Shown here: positions 31,216 to 40,452 of the stretch, piece after piece
How the letters are laid out: each line of letters starts with the position of its first letter
Numbering within the stretch: position 1 is the first letter of the stretch
Source of the DNA: Candidatus Latescibacterota bacterium
GTDB lineage: Bacteria > Latescibacterota > UBA2968
Assembly: GCA_965208125.1 (NCBI GenBank)
Contig: OZ242320.1
Span: forward strand, 3,392,001 to 3,456,000
Length of the DNA: 64,000 nt
Direction: 5' to 3'
Made by a program: the position numbers and the translations under genes
The notes under the pieces: generated by a model
The model's database searches: none
What the model was told of the DNA's origin: nothing
Seen by the model: only the letters and a program-made list of their open reading frames with translations

Positions 31216-32628
31216 ATGAAAACAGAATTTTATCCCATTTCCTTATCAGCGATATCCATGAAGGTTGCACAAAAAAATGGCAGACGAAGAAAATCTCAAA
31301 AGGAAGGTCAACCTTTTTTATTTGAACATCAATTCGTGGATAACACAAAAAAGATTAAGAATGAGTTTGGAGAGGAGATTATTCGAGTGGATGGCGATAT
31401 CCCTGTGAATTTACCCGTCAATGATGGGGATAGATTTCTGTTTATCAGTTACGACCAGAGTATCCTAACACATGGGTTGCACAAGTATCCAGCCAAATTC
31501 TTTCCAGAATTGCCTCGCTGGTTGATTCAACGATATTCTAAAAAGAAAGACCTCATACTTGATCCCTTTTCTGGGAGTGGGACCACAAATGTTGAAGCTC
31601 TGCGATTGGGCCGGAACTCTGTTGGGATTGATGTAGATCCCTTTTCCCGCTTCCTTTCAAAAGTCAAAGTAACGCCTTTAGATGCGGCAGAACTCAAATC
31701 GTCTCAAGAATCTCTTTTACAGGCAGCCTTGAATTACCAACCCTCACTGGTTGCAGAATCGGATATACCCGACTTCCCATATAGGGATAACTGGTTCAAT
31801 CGAGAGATTACCCTCGAACTGGCCTATTTAAAAAAGTGTATTGATTCCCTTGATACAAGTCAGGATATCAAAGACTTCTTCAAAGTTTGTTTTTCCTCGA
31901 TCATCCGCTCGGTGTCCAATGCCGACGATAATTGCACGCGAACTGTGATTCGTAAAACATTGGGCAAAAAGGTATGTCCTGCCGATGCACTGAAAAAATT
32001 TGCAGAATCTGTACTGGTCAATGTGCCTAAGATGGTAGAATTTTCTCAAAATGATCTCAACGGTATAACGACGCACTTCCCAGAAGACATGGACGCGAGA
32101 AATATAAAGTACGATGCAGAGGCTTTTGATTTGGCTTTGACGTCTCCTCCATATGCCAATGCAGTAGATTATCCGAGAACCCACCAGTTGGAAATTTATT
32201 GGTTGGGATTTGCTGAAGGCACATTGACGCCGTTGAAGAAAAAAAACGTGGGCACGGAAAGTGTTTCATCTCGTGATTACCAGGTACAACATCAGATTGG
32301 TGTAAAGGATGCGGATACCGTCATTTCTAAAATTTTTGAAGTAGATCCAAGGAGAGCCTATATTGCGTTCAAATACTTAGAAGACATGAAAAAGAATCTG
32401 GCTGAAGTGTACAAGGTTTTGTGTAAGGGGGGGAGATACATCATCGTTGTGGGTAATAATCGGATGCGCGGTCAGCTATTCGAAAGTTGGAAGTATCTCA
32501 TGACACTCGCTGAAGACATCGGGTTTGATGTTGAAAATTACTTTGGATCAGAGATCATAAAGCACTTTATCAAAGTTCCTAGAGGCGAACGCATCAATAC
32601 CGACTGGATTTTGGTGCTAAAAAAGTAA
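31216..32628 (+). CDS. Second amino-DNA methyltransferase (likely m4C)
   Basis: [18 protein letters not shown] and [11 protein letters not shown] motifs; TAAGGAG RBS. Confidence 0.9.
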   Translation: MKTEFYPISLSAISMKVAQKNGRRRKSQKEGQPFLFEHQFVDNTKKIKNEFGEEIIRVDGDIPVNLPVNDGDRFLFISYDQSILTHGLHKYPAKFFPELPRWLIQRYSKKKDLILDPFSGSGTTNVEALRLGRNSVGIDVDPFSRFLSKVKVTPLDAAELKSSQESLLQAALNYQPSLVAESDIPDFPYRDNWFNREITLELAYLKKCIDSLDTSQDIKDFFKVCFSSIIRSVSNADDNCTRTVIRKTLGKKVCPADALKKFAESVLVNVPKMVEFSQNDLNGITTHFPEDMDARNIKYDAEAFDLALTSPPYANAVDYPRTHQLEIYWLGFAEGTLTPLKKKNVGTESVSSRDYQVQHQIGVKDADTVISKIFEVDPRRAYIAFKYLEDMKKNLAEVYKVLCKGGRYIIVVGNNRMRGQLFESWKYLMTLAEDIGFDVENYFGSEIIKHFIKVPRGERINTDWILVLKK

Positions 32629-32646
32629 GAACAGAGAGGGAAAAAT

Positions 32647-33165
32647 ATGGCAACGCGTGAAGATAAAGGGCGACAAGCGTCAATAGATGGCTTTGCCCAT
32701 GAGCATATTGTTGTTGGAATTCTAATGAAAAAATATCGGAACGTTTCATTGGTTGATTTACCTCTGTCACCTTACGATGTAATCATTGTATTACCAAGCG
32801 AAGAACTTGGACGCGAAGAGATTATTCGCGCTCAAATAAAAACAGCAACTCAATCTATTAGCTTTACCGGTGGTAGTAGAGGCGGTGTGGATAGAGAATA
32901 TAAATCTGGCGTTAAAGAATACCGACAATCAACAAAAACTTCAGATGTTGTCATTGGTATTCACCCGACAGACGATAACTCATTTGAACTCTATTTCGTT
33001 CCCACTGTTCTAATTGAACGTTTGGATCAAAACAGTATTTCCATTAACAAAATTCAAGGTCTGAAGGAAAACTATGATGTTTTAGAAAATTGTAAGAACA
33101 AGGATCTGATCATCGAGAAGTGCCAAGAATATGGAATTCTTGAGCGTTCACTATGGGATTCTTAA
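32647..33165 (+). CDS. Small PD-(D/E)xK-fold endonuclease, paralog A
   Basis: GFAHE...PYD...AQIK catalytic pattern; 18 bp after the methyltransferase; aligns with 33321..33812. Confidence 0.75.
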   Translation: MATREDKGRQASIDGFAHEHIVVGILMKKYRNVSLVDLPLSPYDVIIVLPSEELGREEIIRAQIKTATQSISFTGGSRGGVDREYKSGVKEYRQSTKTSDVVIGIHPTDDNSFELYFVPTVLIERLDQNSISINKIQGLKENYDVLENCKNKDLIIEKCQEYGILERSLWDS

Positions 33166-33320
33166 GCGTTCACATTTATTGAGATCTCCTACACTATTCA
33201 CTAAAGCAGGGTAACTCTATAAAAAATAGACTGTTACTTTGCTTCTGAAATTATCAACCATTTTATCCATATTTCCCGTAAGGAACGGATAAATGACGAT
33301 TATGTTCTGGAGCTTCGAAA

Positions 33321-33812
33321 ATGAGCGATACAAACGACAGAGCTGAAATAGGCAAACGGTCGTCAATAAAGGGATTTGCTAATGAAAGTCGGTTGTTAGC
33401 AGCACTACTTGACCGCGGTTATAACGCTTCTCGCGTTGACCTGCCACATTCTACTTATGATATTGTAGTAGAAATCGCAACTCGTGATGTAATTCGGATT
33501 CAGGTAAAAACAGTATCTCCGTTAAAGTCAATACCCTTTACAAGTGGAGGACGCGGTGGCGTAGATAGAACGTACAGATCGGACGTGAAAACCTATGTTC
33601 ACAACACCGAAACATGCGATATTATTGTCGGGGTAGAAAGTCTTGCATCTAACGGAGATCAGGAAATCAATTTTTATTTTGTACCGACCTTATTTATTGA
33701 AAAACTTGGCCAAAGAAGCATAACGATTAGAAAAATCTCACAAGCGAAAAATAATTGGGAGATTTTAGACCGATGTAGGGAAATGAGATTTGTGTATGAG
33801 ATGTTTGACTGA
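33321..33812 (+). CDS. Small PD-(D/E)xK-fold endonuclease, paralog B
   Basis: GFANE...TYD...IQVK; shares RGGVDRxY and YFVPT with paralog A. Confidence 0.75.
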   Translation: MSDTNDRAEIGKRSSIKGFANESRLLAALLDRGYNASRVDLPHSTYDIVVEIATRDVIRIQVKTVSPLKSIPFTSGGRGGVDRTYRSDVKTYVHNTETCDIIVGVESLASNGDQEINFYFVPTLFIEKLGQRSITIRKISQAKNNWEILDRCREMRFVYEMFD

Positions 33813-33842
33813 CTTTTTATGTTTGTCAAGTATATAATCCCC

Positions 33843-33936
33843 TAATTTTTTTGAAGTTCTCTTTGGATTTTGAGGTCAGCGGCCATTTTGCTTAACTGTG
33901 CATCATCATCTGTTTTATCAGAGATATTTTCTCGTA
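33843..33936 (-). pseudogene. Degenerate fragment of the 87-aa gene at 38637..38900 (direct repeat copy 1)
   Basis: Hand alignment to 38711..38803 gives 8 mismatches and 1 indel over 94 nt. The minus strand reads RENISDKTDDDAQLSKMAADLKIQRELQKN*. Confidence 0.85.
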
Positions 33937-33987
33937 CTTCAGCAACGGACAGGATTGGACATTACTGTAAATTAGGAAATCTGAGAT

Positions 33988-35535
33988 ATGGATATATTCT
34001 GGAATTCTGGAGAAAGAGAGAAAATCCAGGGATTGGACTTCCTGAATGTCCGAAGCATTGACCAGGCGATGGAAAAAAAGTGGGTTGCTGGCATCACGAC
34101 GATTGCACCCCGAGCTCGATATCTTTCCTTGCTCCCTTGGGCATTATCATTATACTATGAAAGAGAATTAGAAAAAGCCCAAACGAGTGTTCAGTACGAC
34201 TATCAGCATTTGAGTCATTTTTTGAGCCGCTTGGAAGTCATCATCCTTGCGGCTTCTTTTCTTACAAAACCTGGTGAAAGTATTCCCAAAACCACGAATA
34301 TCTTAGGTCGAGACATACACGAAAACTTACTCTTGCAGCTACAAGATTCGGGGTATGTAGAATTGGAACCGAATGGCGGTGGGGCGATTGCTCAGACATA
34401 TGTCATGCCCTGTCAGGGGTTTGATATCCTGGAGAGCGGTGCCCCTATCAAAGTGCTTGAGCGAGGACAAAAGCTATATGATGTAAAGCAGCGATTGCTT
34501 GAAGGATGTCCTTTTATTGACAATCTCTTCACCGGAGGGAAAGTCACAGCCAAAGATATTCTCACCTGGCGAGATCATTTTTCTATCACGGGATTGCTAT
34601 CGGATGCTGGGAACAAAGAAAAGAATTTGCTTATATCGTTTTTTTTAACACCTCAGAATCCGCAAAATAAGCCTCATTACCAACGGTTCCGCGGCACATT
34701 AAAATGGATCCTGATGCGGGCTAGAGAGAATCCTTCATCTCCTGGGGATCTGATTGCTGAGGAATACAGTCAGTGTCTTGGAAATGGCTCAAATGCGAAT
34801 TTAGAAGCTGCTCGGGTTGCCTGGATGAATTACGAACTGCGTCGCCGAGGGCATTGGGGGCTTGAACTACTTCTCTCAGCTTTCAGTGACACACTCGCAA
34901 GGCTTGTCACTGCCAATCTGGATGAGGTTATCAGTGAGTGGATAGAAGAAGATGAAATTCCGGAAGGTCTGCGTAGTGCCATAGCAATCCATAATACACC
35001 TTGGGAATTGTCTTGGAATGAATTTCTTGCATCAATTCCTGAAAATCTGTTGCTACATAAAACGCCATCAACCGGTGATTCCAGGAGATTTTCCTCACAT
35101 ATACAAGCCTTTTTAGGATTCTTGCTGGTTGTGTCTTGCTGGCGCCATTCACAACCTTGGCGTGAGAATGAATTGCTTCAGACTTTCGAGAAACGACCTC
35201 TGGATTTCGCATTTGAAATTCTGGATCAGGCTGAAGGGAAGTCTATTGTTGAGGTTCTGTCTCAGCTTGTAGGTGATTGCGCCGTTGCACCTCATCTGCA
35301 ATCGACATGGCGTAAGATGGGCAATGGGCAGAAATGCTCACTCAGATTTTTTTGGGACGGAGAAGCCTTTAGATCAACGGGAACCATCACCAAGCCTGGA
35401 TTTAGCGGCGAAAGATTAGGCAGTGTAATGCGTATGCTGGCAGACTTAGGTCTGCTTACTTCCCCACAGACAGGGAGGTATACCACTACAGAAGCAGGCC
35501 ATGCCGTGCTTGCTGAATTGGAAAAGATAGGATGA
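33988..35535 (+). CDS. Uncharacterised 515-aa protein with DUF6361-like N-terminal motif and probable C-terminal winged helix
   Basis: GLDFLNVRSIDQ...AGITTIAPRARY motif; C-terminal RL....MLADLGLL....Y.TT.AG. Stop overlaps the next start (ATGA). Confidence 0.7.
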   Translation: MDIFWNSGEREKIQGLDFLNVRSIDQAMEKKWVAGITTIAPRARYLSLLPWALSLYYERELEKAQTSVQYDYQHLSHFLSRLEVIILAASFLTKPGESIPKTTNILGRDIHENLLLQLQDSGYVELEPNGGGAIAQTYVMPCQGFDILESGAPIKVLERGQKLYDVKQRLLEGCPFIDNLFTGGKVTAKDILTWRDHFSITGLLSDAGNKEKNLLISFFLTPQNPQNKPHYQRFRGTLKWILMRARENPSSPGDLIAEEYSQCLGNGSNANLEAARVAWMNYELRRRGHWGLELLLSAFSDTLARLVTANLDEVISEWIEEDEIPEGLRSAIAIHNTPWELSWNEFLASIPENLLLHKTPSTGDSRRFSSHIQAFLGFLLVVSCWRHSQPWRENELLQTFEKRPLDFAFEILDQAEGKSIVEVLSQLVGDCAVAPHLQSTWRKMGNGQKCSLRFFWDGEAFRSTGTITKPGFSGERLGSVMRMLADLGLLTSPQTGRYTTTEAGHAVLAELEKIG

Positions 35536-38300
35536 GAACGGATTTAATTGGCAAAATGCAACACTTGGGAGATTTGGAGAATGCGATTGTGCTCACTCAC
35601 AACATTGATTGCATCTTCTTGGAGTCTATCCTTCTGCCAACTTTGAGGCAGGCTGGTAACCCCCTGCTTACCGTATTTGCTGAGAGCACCTGTGCGATCG
35701 ATACGTTTCAACGTCAGAGTCTCTATCTTTCCGAACTGGGACGCAGGTATCGTCTGGTCTCTGTCAACCTTCCTCATCCCTTTCGATTTCATCCCAAAGC
35801 TGTGTTACTTGCCGCACGAGAAAGTGCCCACCTGTTTATTGGAAGCGGAAACATAGGTTTTGGGGGATGGCGAGAGAATGGAGAGATTTGGGTAGAATAT
35901 GTGCTGGATGAAAAAAATCAACAAGCAGCACCCGCTTTTGCCTTCTTTCAGGATTACCTGAAACAGATATTGAGGATTGCCCCCTTTACAGAGACCATAG
36001 AGCATGAAATTGTAGATGCCTTTTCGCGGGAGCGAAAACAGTGGGTCTCTTATTTGGCAGAAAGAGGTGGGCTGATTGGTCGAGCAGGAAGTGGCCCGAG
36101 TCTGATAGACTGTTTGGACGACGTAATTTCGAGTGAACCGGTTGATTGTCTCTGGATCTGTGCTCCTTATTATGATATTCGGGCAGAAGCCCTGAACGCT
36201 TTAAAAGAAAAGTTCGCGGCAAAGGAGACTCGGGTGCTCTTGCAGGAGAAAGAAACCAATTTTACTACCGAAGCTGCGGAAGCACAGACAAAGGATGTTC
36301 GGCTTAAATCCGTGAACTACAATGGAAATGATGGTAAACCCAGATTCTTGCATGCCAAATTCTATGGTCTTGAAAGAAAAAGGCGAGTTACTGTTATTCT
36401 TGGAAGTGCCAACTGTTCGAATGCGGCCTGGATGATTCCCGGCAATCGGGGAAACGCGGAACTGGTGGCGATTAAGGAGATGAGCAAGAAAGAGTTCGAG
36501 CAACATATTCTGCAGGAACTCCATATAGCAGACGAACCACCAGAGCTTCAGTCTCACCAAGAGCGGGATGCTGTGTCTGAACCGGAATCGTATGCGTTGC
36601 GAGCCTTGGCTGCGAGTTTTGACAGATTTGAAGGTATCAATGTGCGGTTTCAGAAAGATGTAAATATTGAAATTTCTAGATGTTTGATCGACAACCAACC
36701 CGTTGAATTCAAGATCGAGAACGAAAGTGAACTCACAGCGAATCCTCTTCCTCAGACCATACATAATGGTAAGGGCAACCGGGTTTTGCAGTTGGAAGGA
36801 GAGGGCTCACTAGGGAAGATCTGCTCGAATCCCATCTGGATAGACCACGAATTTGAATTGCGCACGACCTCTAAAGAACGCACACTGGTTGAGACCATAC
36901 AACAGAATGTAAAGCAGGATGCTTGGGGACTGCCAGCTTTCAATGAAATTTTAAGATTGCTACAAGATCACCTGGACTATTTAACAACACATAAGACATC
37001 GGGTGGTGGACAGAACGGGCGTAGCGGTTCTGAGAGAGTCATTCGATTCACACGCGAGGATGTATTTGCCGATGATTTCGGACTCCTCCCGGAAACGTCA
37101 ACAGTTTCTGATATTGCTATTCCGAATCAAGTAGACGGATTGAAGGGTTTGCTGCTCAGATATTTTGGTTTCGAGTGGATTCAAGACGAGGATCCATCGG
37201 AAGAGGAAACGATGGATGATGAAGAAGCTGAAGATGACTCAATCAGTCCAGACGAACTGGAATCACGAAAGCTGGAGCGATCCCTTGTTGGACCATCTCC
37301 AAAAGACTCTCATCCTGATAATGACCCGGTGAAGCAAGAGAAAAACCGTCAAATAACTCTCCAGTTTTTTGAGTCGATCATCAATACCATTTCTGATGAG
37401 AGTTATTTACTGCAAAGATCGCCGGATCTGATTGCTAAAGATTTAGCGATCATCGCTATACTGATGACTTCTGCAATAAATGAAGAAGCACCGAGTTTGG
37501 GAATAAACTGGCTCACTGAAGATGAATACTTCGAATTCACTCGCCGGGTTTGGAATGTATTTTTTTTCAAATTTATACAGTCTGAAACGGATTCTTCAAG
37601 ACAATACCACGGTTATCTTGACAGACGTTATCAGGAATCCGAAGATCCACACGCTTTCATCCAGTCTTTTGCATCTACCGATTTTGCCGCTGCCATTGCT
37701 GTGTGGGTGTTGGCGAATTTGAAAGACAAGCCTTCTCCGCGAGAAGCACAATTAGCTCTGATACAAATTTCTACAGTTGCTCGTTTTCCCTGGCTGTGGG
37801 GCGCAGATACTTTTTCTGATCTAGCTCCTTTAATTAAACGTCTTTTAGTCCATACCAAAGTTCTGCCATTAGAAAAACAGGAAGATTTCGGACGCTATCT
37901 CACAAAATGGCGTGAATTTATCCAAGTTGGAAATGCAATCGGTGTTTTTCAAGAAAAATTCGAGGATTTTGAACCCGAAAATGTAAAGGACATACTTGAG
38001 CGGAGTGAAATACAGAGGGGAGAGCTTCTTTGGCAGGGAGGATCAGGTCTTTGTGTCGCCCAGAAAGATTGCCTAAGGTTACCTAAAAAAAAGATTGATG
38101 TTTTGAGTTTACGGAGTCATGGTAGCAGTCCGAAGAAGACTTTCTATGCTGACTACCTAATTCCAGTCGGAGCGCTTTTGGATACGCCTCAAGGTAGGAA
38201 AACGAAGCCATTGCCCGAGGCTGTTCCTAAGATTCTGAATCGTTTTGTAAGAAAATTCATGCAACCTTTATCTCTATTGACTGAAAGAGATATTGTATAG
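35532..38300 (+). CDS. 922-aa phospholipase D-superfamily (nuclease-like) protein with long C-terminal extension
   Basis: Two half-sites, FHPK...IGSGN...NGE and LHAK...GSAN...NAE, followed by an acidic tract and a helical region. Confidence 0.8.
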   Translation: MRTDLIGKMQHLGDLENAIVLTHNIDCIFLESILLPTLRQAGNPLLTVFAESTCAIDTFQRQSLYLSELGRRYRLVSVNLPHPFRFHPKAVLLAARESAHLFIGSGNIGFGGWRENGEIWVEYVLDEKNQQAAPAFAFFQDYLKQILRIAPFTETIEHEIVDAFSRERKQWVSYLAERGGLIGRAGSGPSLIDCLDDVISSEPVDCLWICAPYYDIRAEALNALKEKFAAKETRVLLQEKETNFTTEAAEAQTKDVRLKSVNYNGNDGKPRFLHAKFYGLERKRRVTVILGSANCSNAAWMIPGNRGNAELVAIKEMSKKEFEQHILQELHIADEPPELQSHQERDAVSEPESYALRALAASFDRFEGINVRFQKDVNIEISRCLIDNQPVEFKIENESELTANPLPQTIHNGKGNRVLQLEGEGSLGKICSNPIWIDHEFELRTTSKERTLVETIQQNVKQDAWGLPAFNEILRLLQDHLDYLTTHKTSGGGQNGRSGSERVIRFTREDVFADDFGLLPETSTVSDIAIPNQVDGLKGLLLRYFGFEWIQDEDPSEEETMDDEEAEDDSISPDELESRKLERSLVGPSPKDSHPDNDPVKQEKNRQITLQFFESIINTISDESYLLQRSPDLIAKDLAIIAILMTSAINEEAPSLGINWLTEDEYFEFTRRVWNVFFFKFIQSETDSSRQYHGYLDRRYQESEDPHAFIQSFASTDFAAAIAVWVLANLKDKPSPREAQLALIQISTVARFPWLWGADTFSDLAPLIKRLLVHTKVLPLEKQEDFGRYLTKWREFIQVGNAIGVFQEKFEDFEPENVKDILERSEIQRGELLWQGGSGLCVAQKDCLRLPKKKIDVLSLRSHGSSPKKTFYADYLIPVGALLDTPQGRKTKPLPEAVPKILNRFVRKFMQPLSLLTERDIV

Positions 38301-38621
38301 GTAATCTATGGTGGCTGTTGGACTTGCCATGATGTGTCTTCTCAGAAATTTTTTCGTTTCTTCGGAACCAATAGCATTTCTGGCTTTCTCTGTCAGCCCC
38401 AATGCCCCGATGAGGATTTCTATAATCTCTTGATCTCTTTCCGCTGCCTGGAGCAAATTCTCTAAATCCGGTCCGATGTGTGCGAGCTTTTTCTGGGCTT
38501 CAATTATTCTGCTGACAAATGGTGATGCTGATGTGAACTGCCTCCTGGATTGTTGGCGAAATCCTTCGGCAGTTTCCGCTGGGGTGGTTGTGATTTCGGA
38601 TGGATGATAAATGGGCTGCAT
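38274..38621 (-). pseudogene. Truncated AvaI/BsoBI-family type II restriction endonuclease (N-terminal part only)
   Basis: TTT.AE...GF......SPFV and LIGALGLTEKA...IDYL match my recollection of the BsoBI/AvaI N-terminus. Similarity ends where the convergent PLD gene ends. Confidence 0.6.
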
Positions 38622-38636
38622 CTGATGTTCCTTGCA

Positions 38637-38900
38637 TTATAGAGGCGAGAGATTTTTCTTTATATCGAACGGCGTCTTACATTCTCGTTCTGTGGTTGAG
38701 AACTCATTTTTAATTTTTTGAAGTTCCCTTTGTATTTCGGGATCAGCGGCCATTTCGCTTAACTGTGCATCACCATCTGTTTTTTCAGAGATATTTTCTC
38801 GTATGCGGTGGCTTACACGCTCAATAAGGAGCAATTGTTCATCCAGGGACAACCGACTGATATTTTCTTCTAATTCAGAAAGAAGGGATGGTGCAGACAT
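38637..38900 (-). CDS. Small helical hypothetical protein, antitoxin-like
   Basis: AAGGAG RBS; LSLDEQLLLIE...MAADPEIQREL pattern. The antitoxin role is inference. Confidence 0.65.
   Translation of the reverse strand: MSAPSLLSELEENISRLSLDEQLLLIERVSHRIRENISEKTDGDAQLSEMAADPEIQRELQKIKNEFSTTERECKTPFDIKKNLSPL
38711..38803. repeat. Direct repeat copy 2 (partner of 33843..33936)
   Basis: About 90% identity by hand alignment. Confidence 0.85.
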
Positions 38901-38913
38901 GGTTGTTCTCCTT

Positions 38914-38947
38914 AAATCATCCCGCTCAAAATGGGCGCGGATGATTT
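38914..38947. promoter_or_regulatory. Inverted repeat next to the RBS of the 87-aa gene (operator or terminator)
   Basis: AAATCATCCCGC-tcaaaatgg-GCGCGGATGATTT. Confidence 0.5.
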
Positions 38948-39061
38948 TTCTTTTACAACATCAAATTGTCTATTAACTTCCTGACCTACACGGCGACATG
39001 AAGTATAGAAAGAATTTAAAAAAAAACAAGGCCAGATGTCCTTTCAAACTGGAGAACCTCG

Positions 39062-40393
39062 ATGGGTAGTACTGCTTCTGTTGATTTGCGCGATGTTCGC
39101 AAGCAGGATTTAAATCACGTATGGCATCCTTTGATGCAATATGAGGGTAAGAGTGAAGATGATTTGCTCGTTATTGTGTCGGCGGATGGGTGTGAGATCA
39201 CGGATTCGGATGGGAAAACGTATCTTGATGCGTATGGCGGGATATGGAATGTCAATGTGGGGTATGGTCGGGATGAGATTGTCGAAGCTGTGTATGAACA
39301 GATGAAAACACTTCCGTTTTATCCCATGACGCAGATCAATGTGCCCGCGGCGCAGCTCGCTGCTCGTTTGGCCGAATTGTCACCGGGCGATCTCAACCAT
39401 TTCTTTTTTGTGAATAGTGGTTCAGAGGCTAATGAAACCGCTATTAAAGTTGCGCGACAATACGGCCGGGCGACGCATCCGGGCGAAAGTCGCTTTAAAA
39501 TTATCTGTCGGTATAAGGGCTATCACGGCTTTACGATGGGATCCATGTCTGCGACCGGGCAGGTGAGGCGACGCGCGCCGTTTGAGCCCCTGGCGCCGGG
39601 ATTTATCCACGTTGAATTGCCCACTGCCGATGCCCACGGAGCGGATGAGATCGCGCGGGTTATCGAACGCGAGGGTCCCGATACGGTCGCTGCTGTTCTT
39701 GCAGAACCCGTGGTTGGCGGGGGTGGTGTGCATGTCCCGCCAGACGATTATTTTCCGGCTCTGCGCGATGTGTGTGACCACTATGGGTGTTTGCTGATGT
39801 TTGATGAGGTGATCACTGGATTCGGGCGTACTGGAAAATTGTTTGCCGCTGAACACTGGGGGGTTGTGCCCGATGTGATGACGATTGCCAAGGGCGTGTC
39901 GAGCGGGTACCTGCCGCTGGGGGCATGTGCTGTTACCGAAAAGGTCTGGTCGGCATTTTTGGGAGGGGCGGATGAGGGAAAAGAATTTGCTCAGGTTTCC
40001 ACGTATGGCGGGCATCCGGCTTGTTGTGCTGCGGCGCTGGCGAATATCGAAATTCTGACCAGGGAACGGCTGTGGGAAAATTCGGAAACTGTGGGTGCGT
40101 ACTTGTTGGCGCGGCTCAAAGATATGTCATCGCCTTTGATCAAAGAAGTTAGAGGTCTGGGGCTTATGCTCGCAGTTGAGCTTCAAAATGAAGATGGGAC
40201 GGAATTGGATAGCGAGAGGACAAACAAGTTTGGTGGCGCGCTTCGAGATGCGGGTGTGATTACCGGGAAGATGAGTCATGTTATGGTCGGGTCTGAGCCT
40301 GTATTTACACTGGCACCACCCCTGATTCTTACGGAGGAGCAAGCCGACCGAATAGCAGGTGCGCTTGTGACTGCGCTTCGGGCTATAAGTTGA
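39062..40393 (+). CDS. Class III PLP-dependent aminotransferase
   Basis: SGSEANETAIK, YHG, FDEVITGFGRTG and AKGVSSGY (PLP Lys) motifs. Confidence 0.93.
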   Translation: MGSTASVDLRDVRKQDLNHVWHPLMQYEGKSEDDLLVIVSADGCEITDSDGKTYLDAYGGIWNVNVGYGRDEIVEAVYEQMKTLPFYPMTQINVPAAQLAARLAELSPGDLNHFFFVNSGSEANETAIKVARQYGRATHPGESRFKIICRYKGYHGFTMGSMSATGQVRRRAPFEPLAPGFIHVELPTADAHGADEIARVIEREGPDTVAAVLAEPVVGGGGVHVPPDDYFPALRDVCDHYGCLLMFDEVITGFGRTGKLFAAEHWGVVPDVMTIAKGVSSGYLPLGACAVTEKVWSAFLGGADEGKEFAQVSTYGGHPACCAAALANIEILTRERLWENSETVGAYLLARLKDMSSPLIKEVRGLGLMLAVELQNEDGTELDSERTNKFGGALRDAGVITGKMSHVMVGSEPVFTLAPPLILTEEQADRIAGALVTALRAIS

Positions 40394-40452
40394 GTTGATA
40401 AATTCGCAGGCTGTTTAGATTTTTCGCCCCTGCGATCACCACCGGAGTGCGC

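Larger units (their letters stand above)
27540..39000. other. Defence island downstream of parC (boundaries approximate)
   Basis: Visibly AT-richer block with two methyltransferases, nucleases, HEPN, DUF4238 and PLD genes plus gene remnants. No integrase or transposase recognised. Confidence 0.8.

Noticed and set aside
33870-34061. 63-aa plus-strand ORF
   Set aside because: It reads through the antisense of the pseudogene repeat and overlaps the 515-aa gene out of frame.
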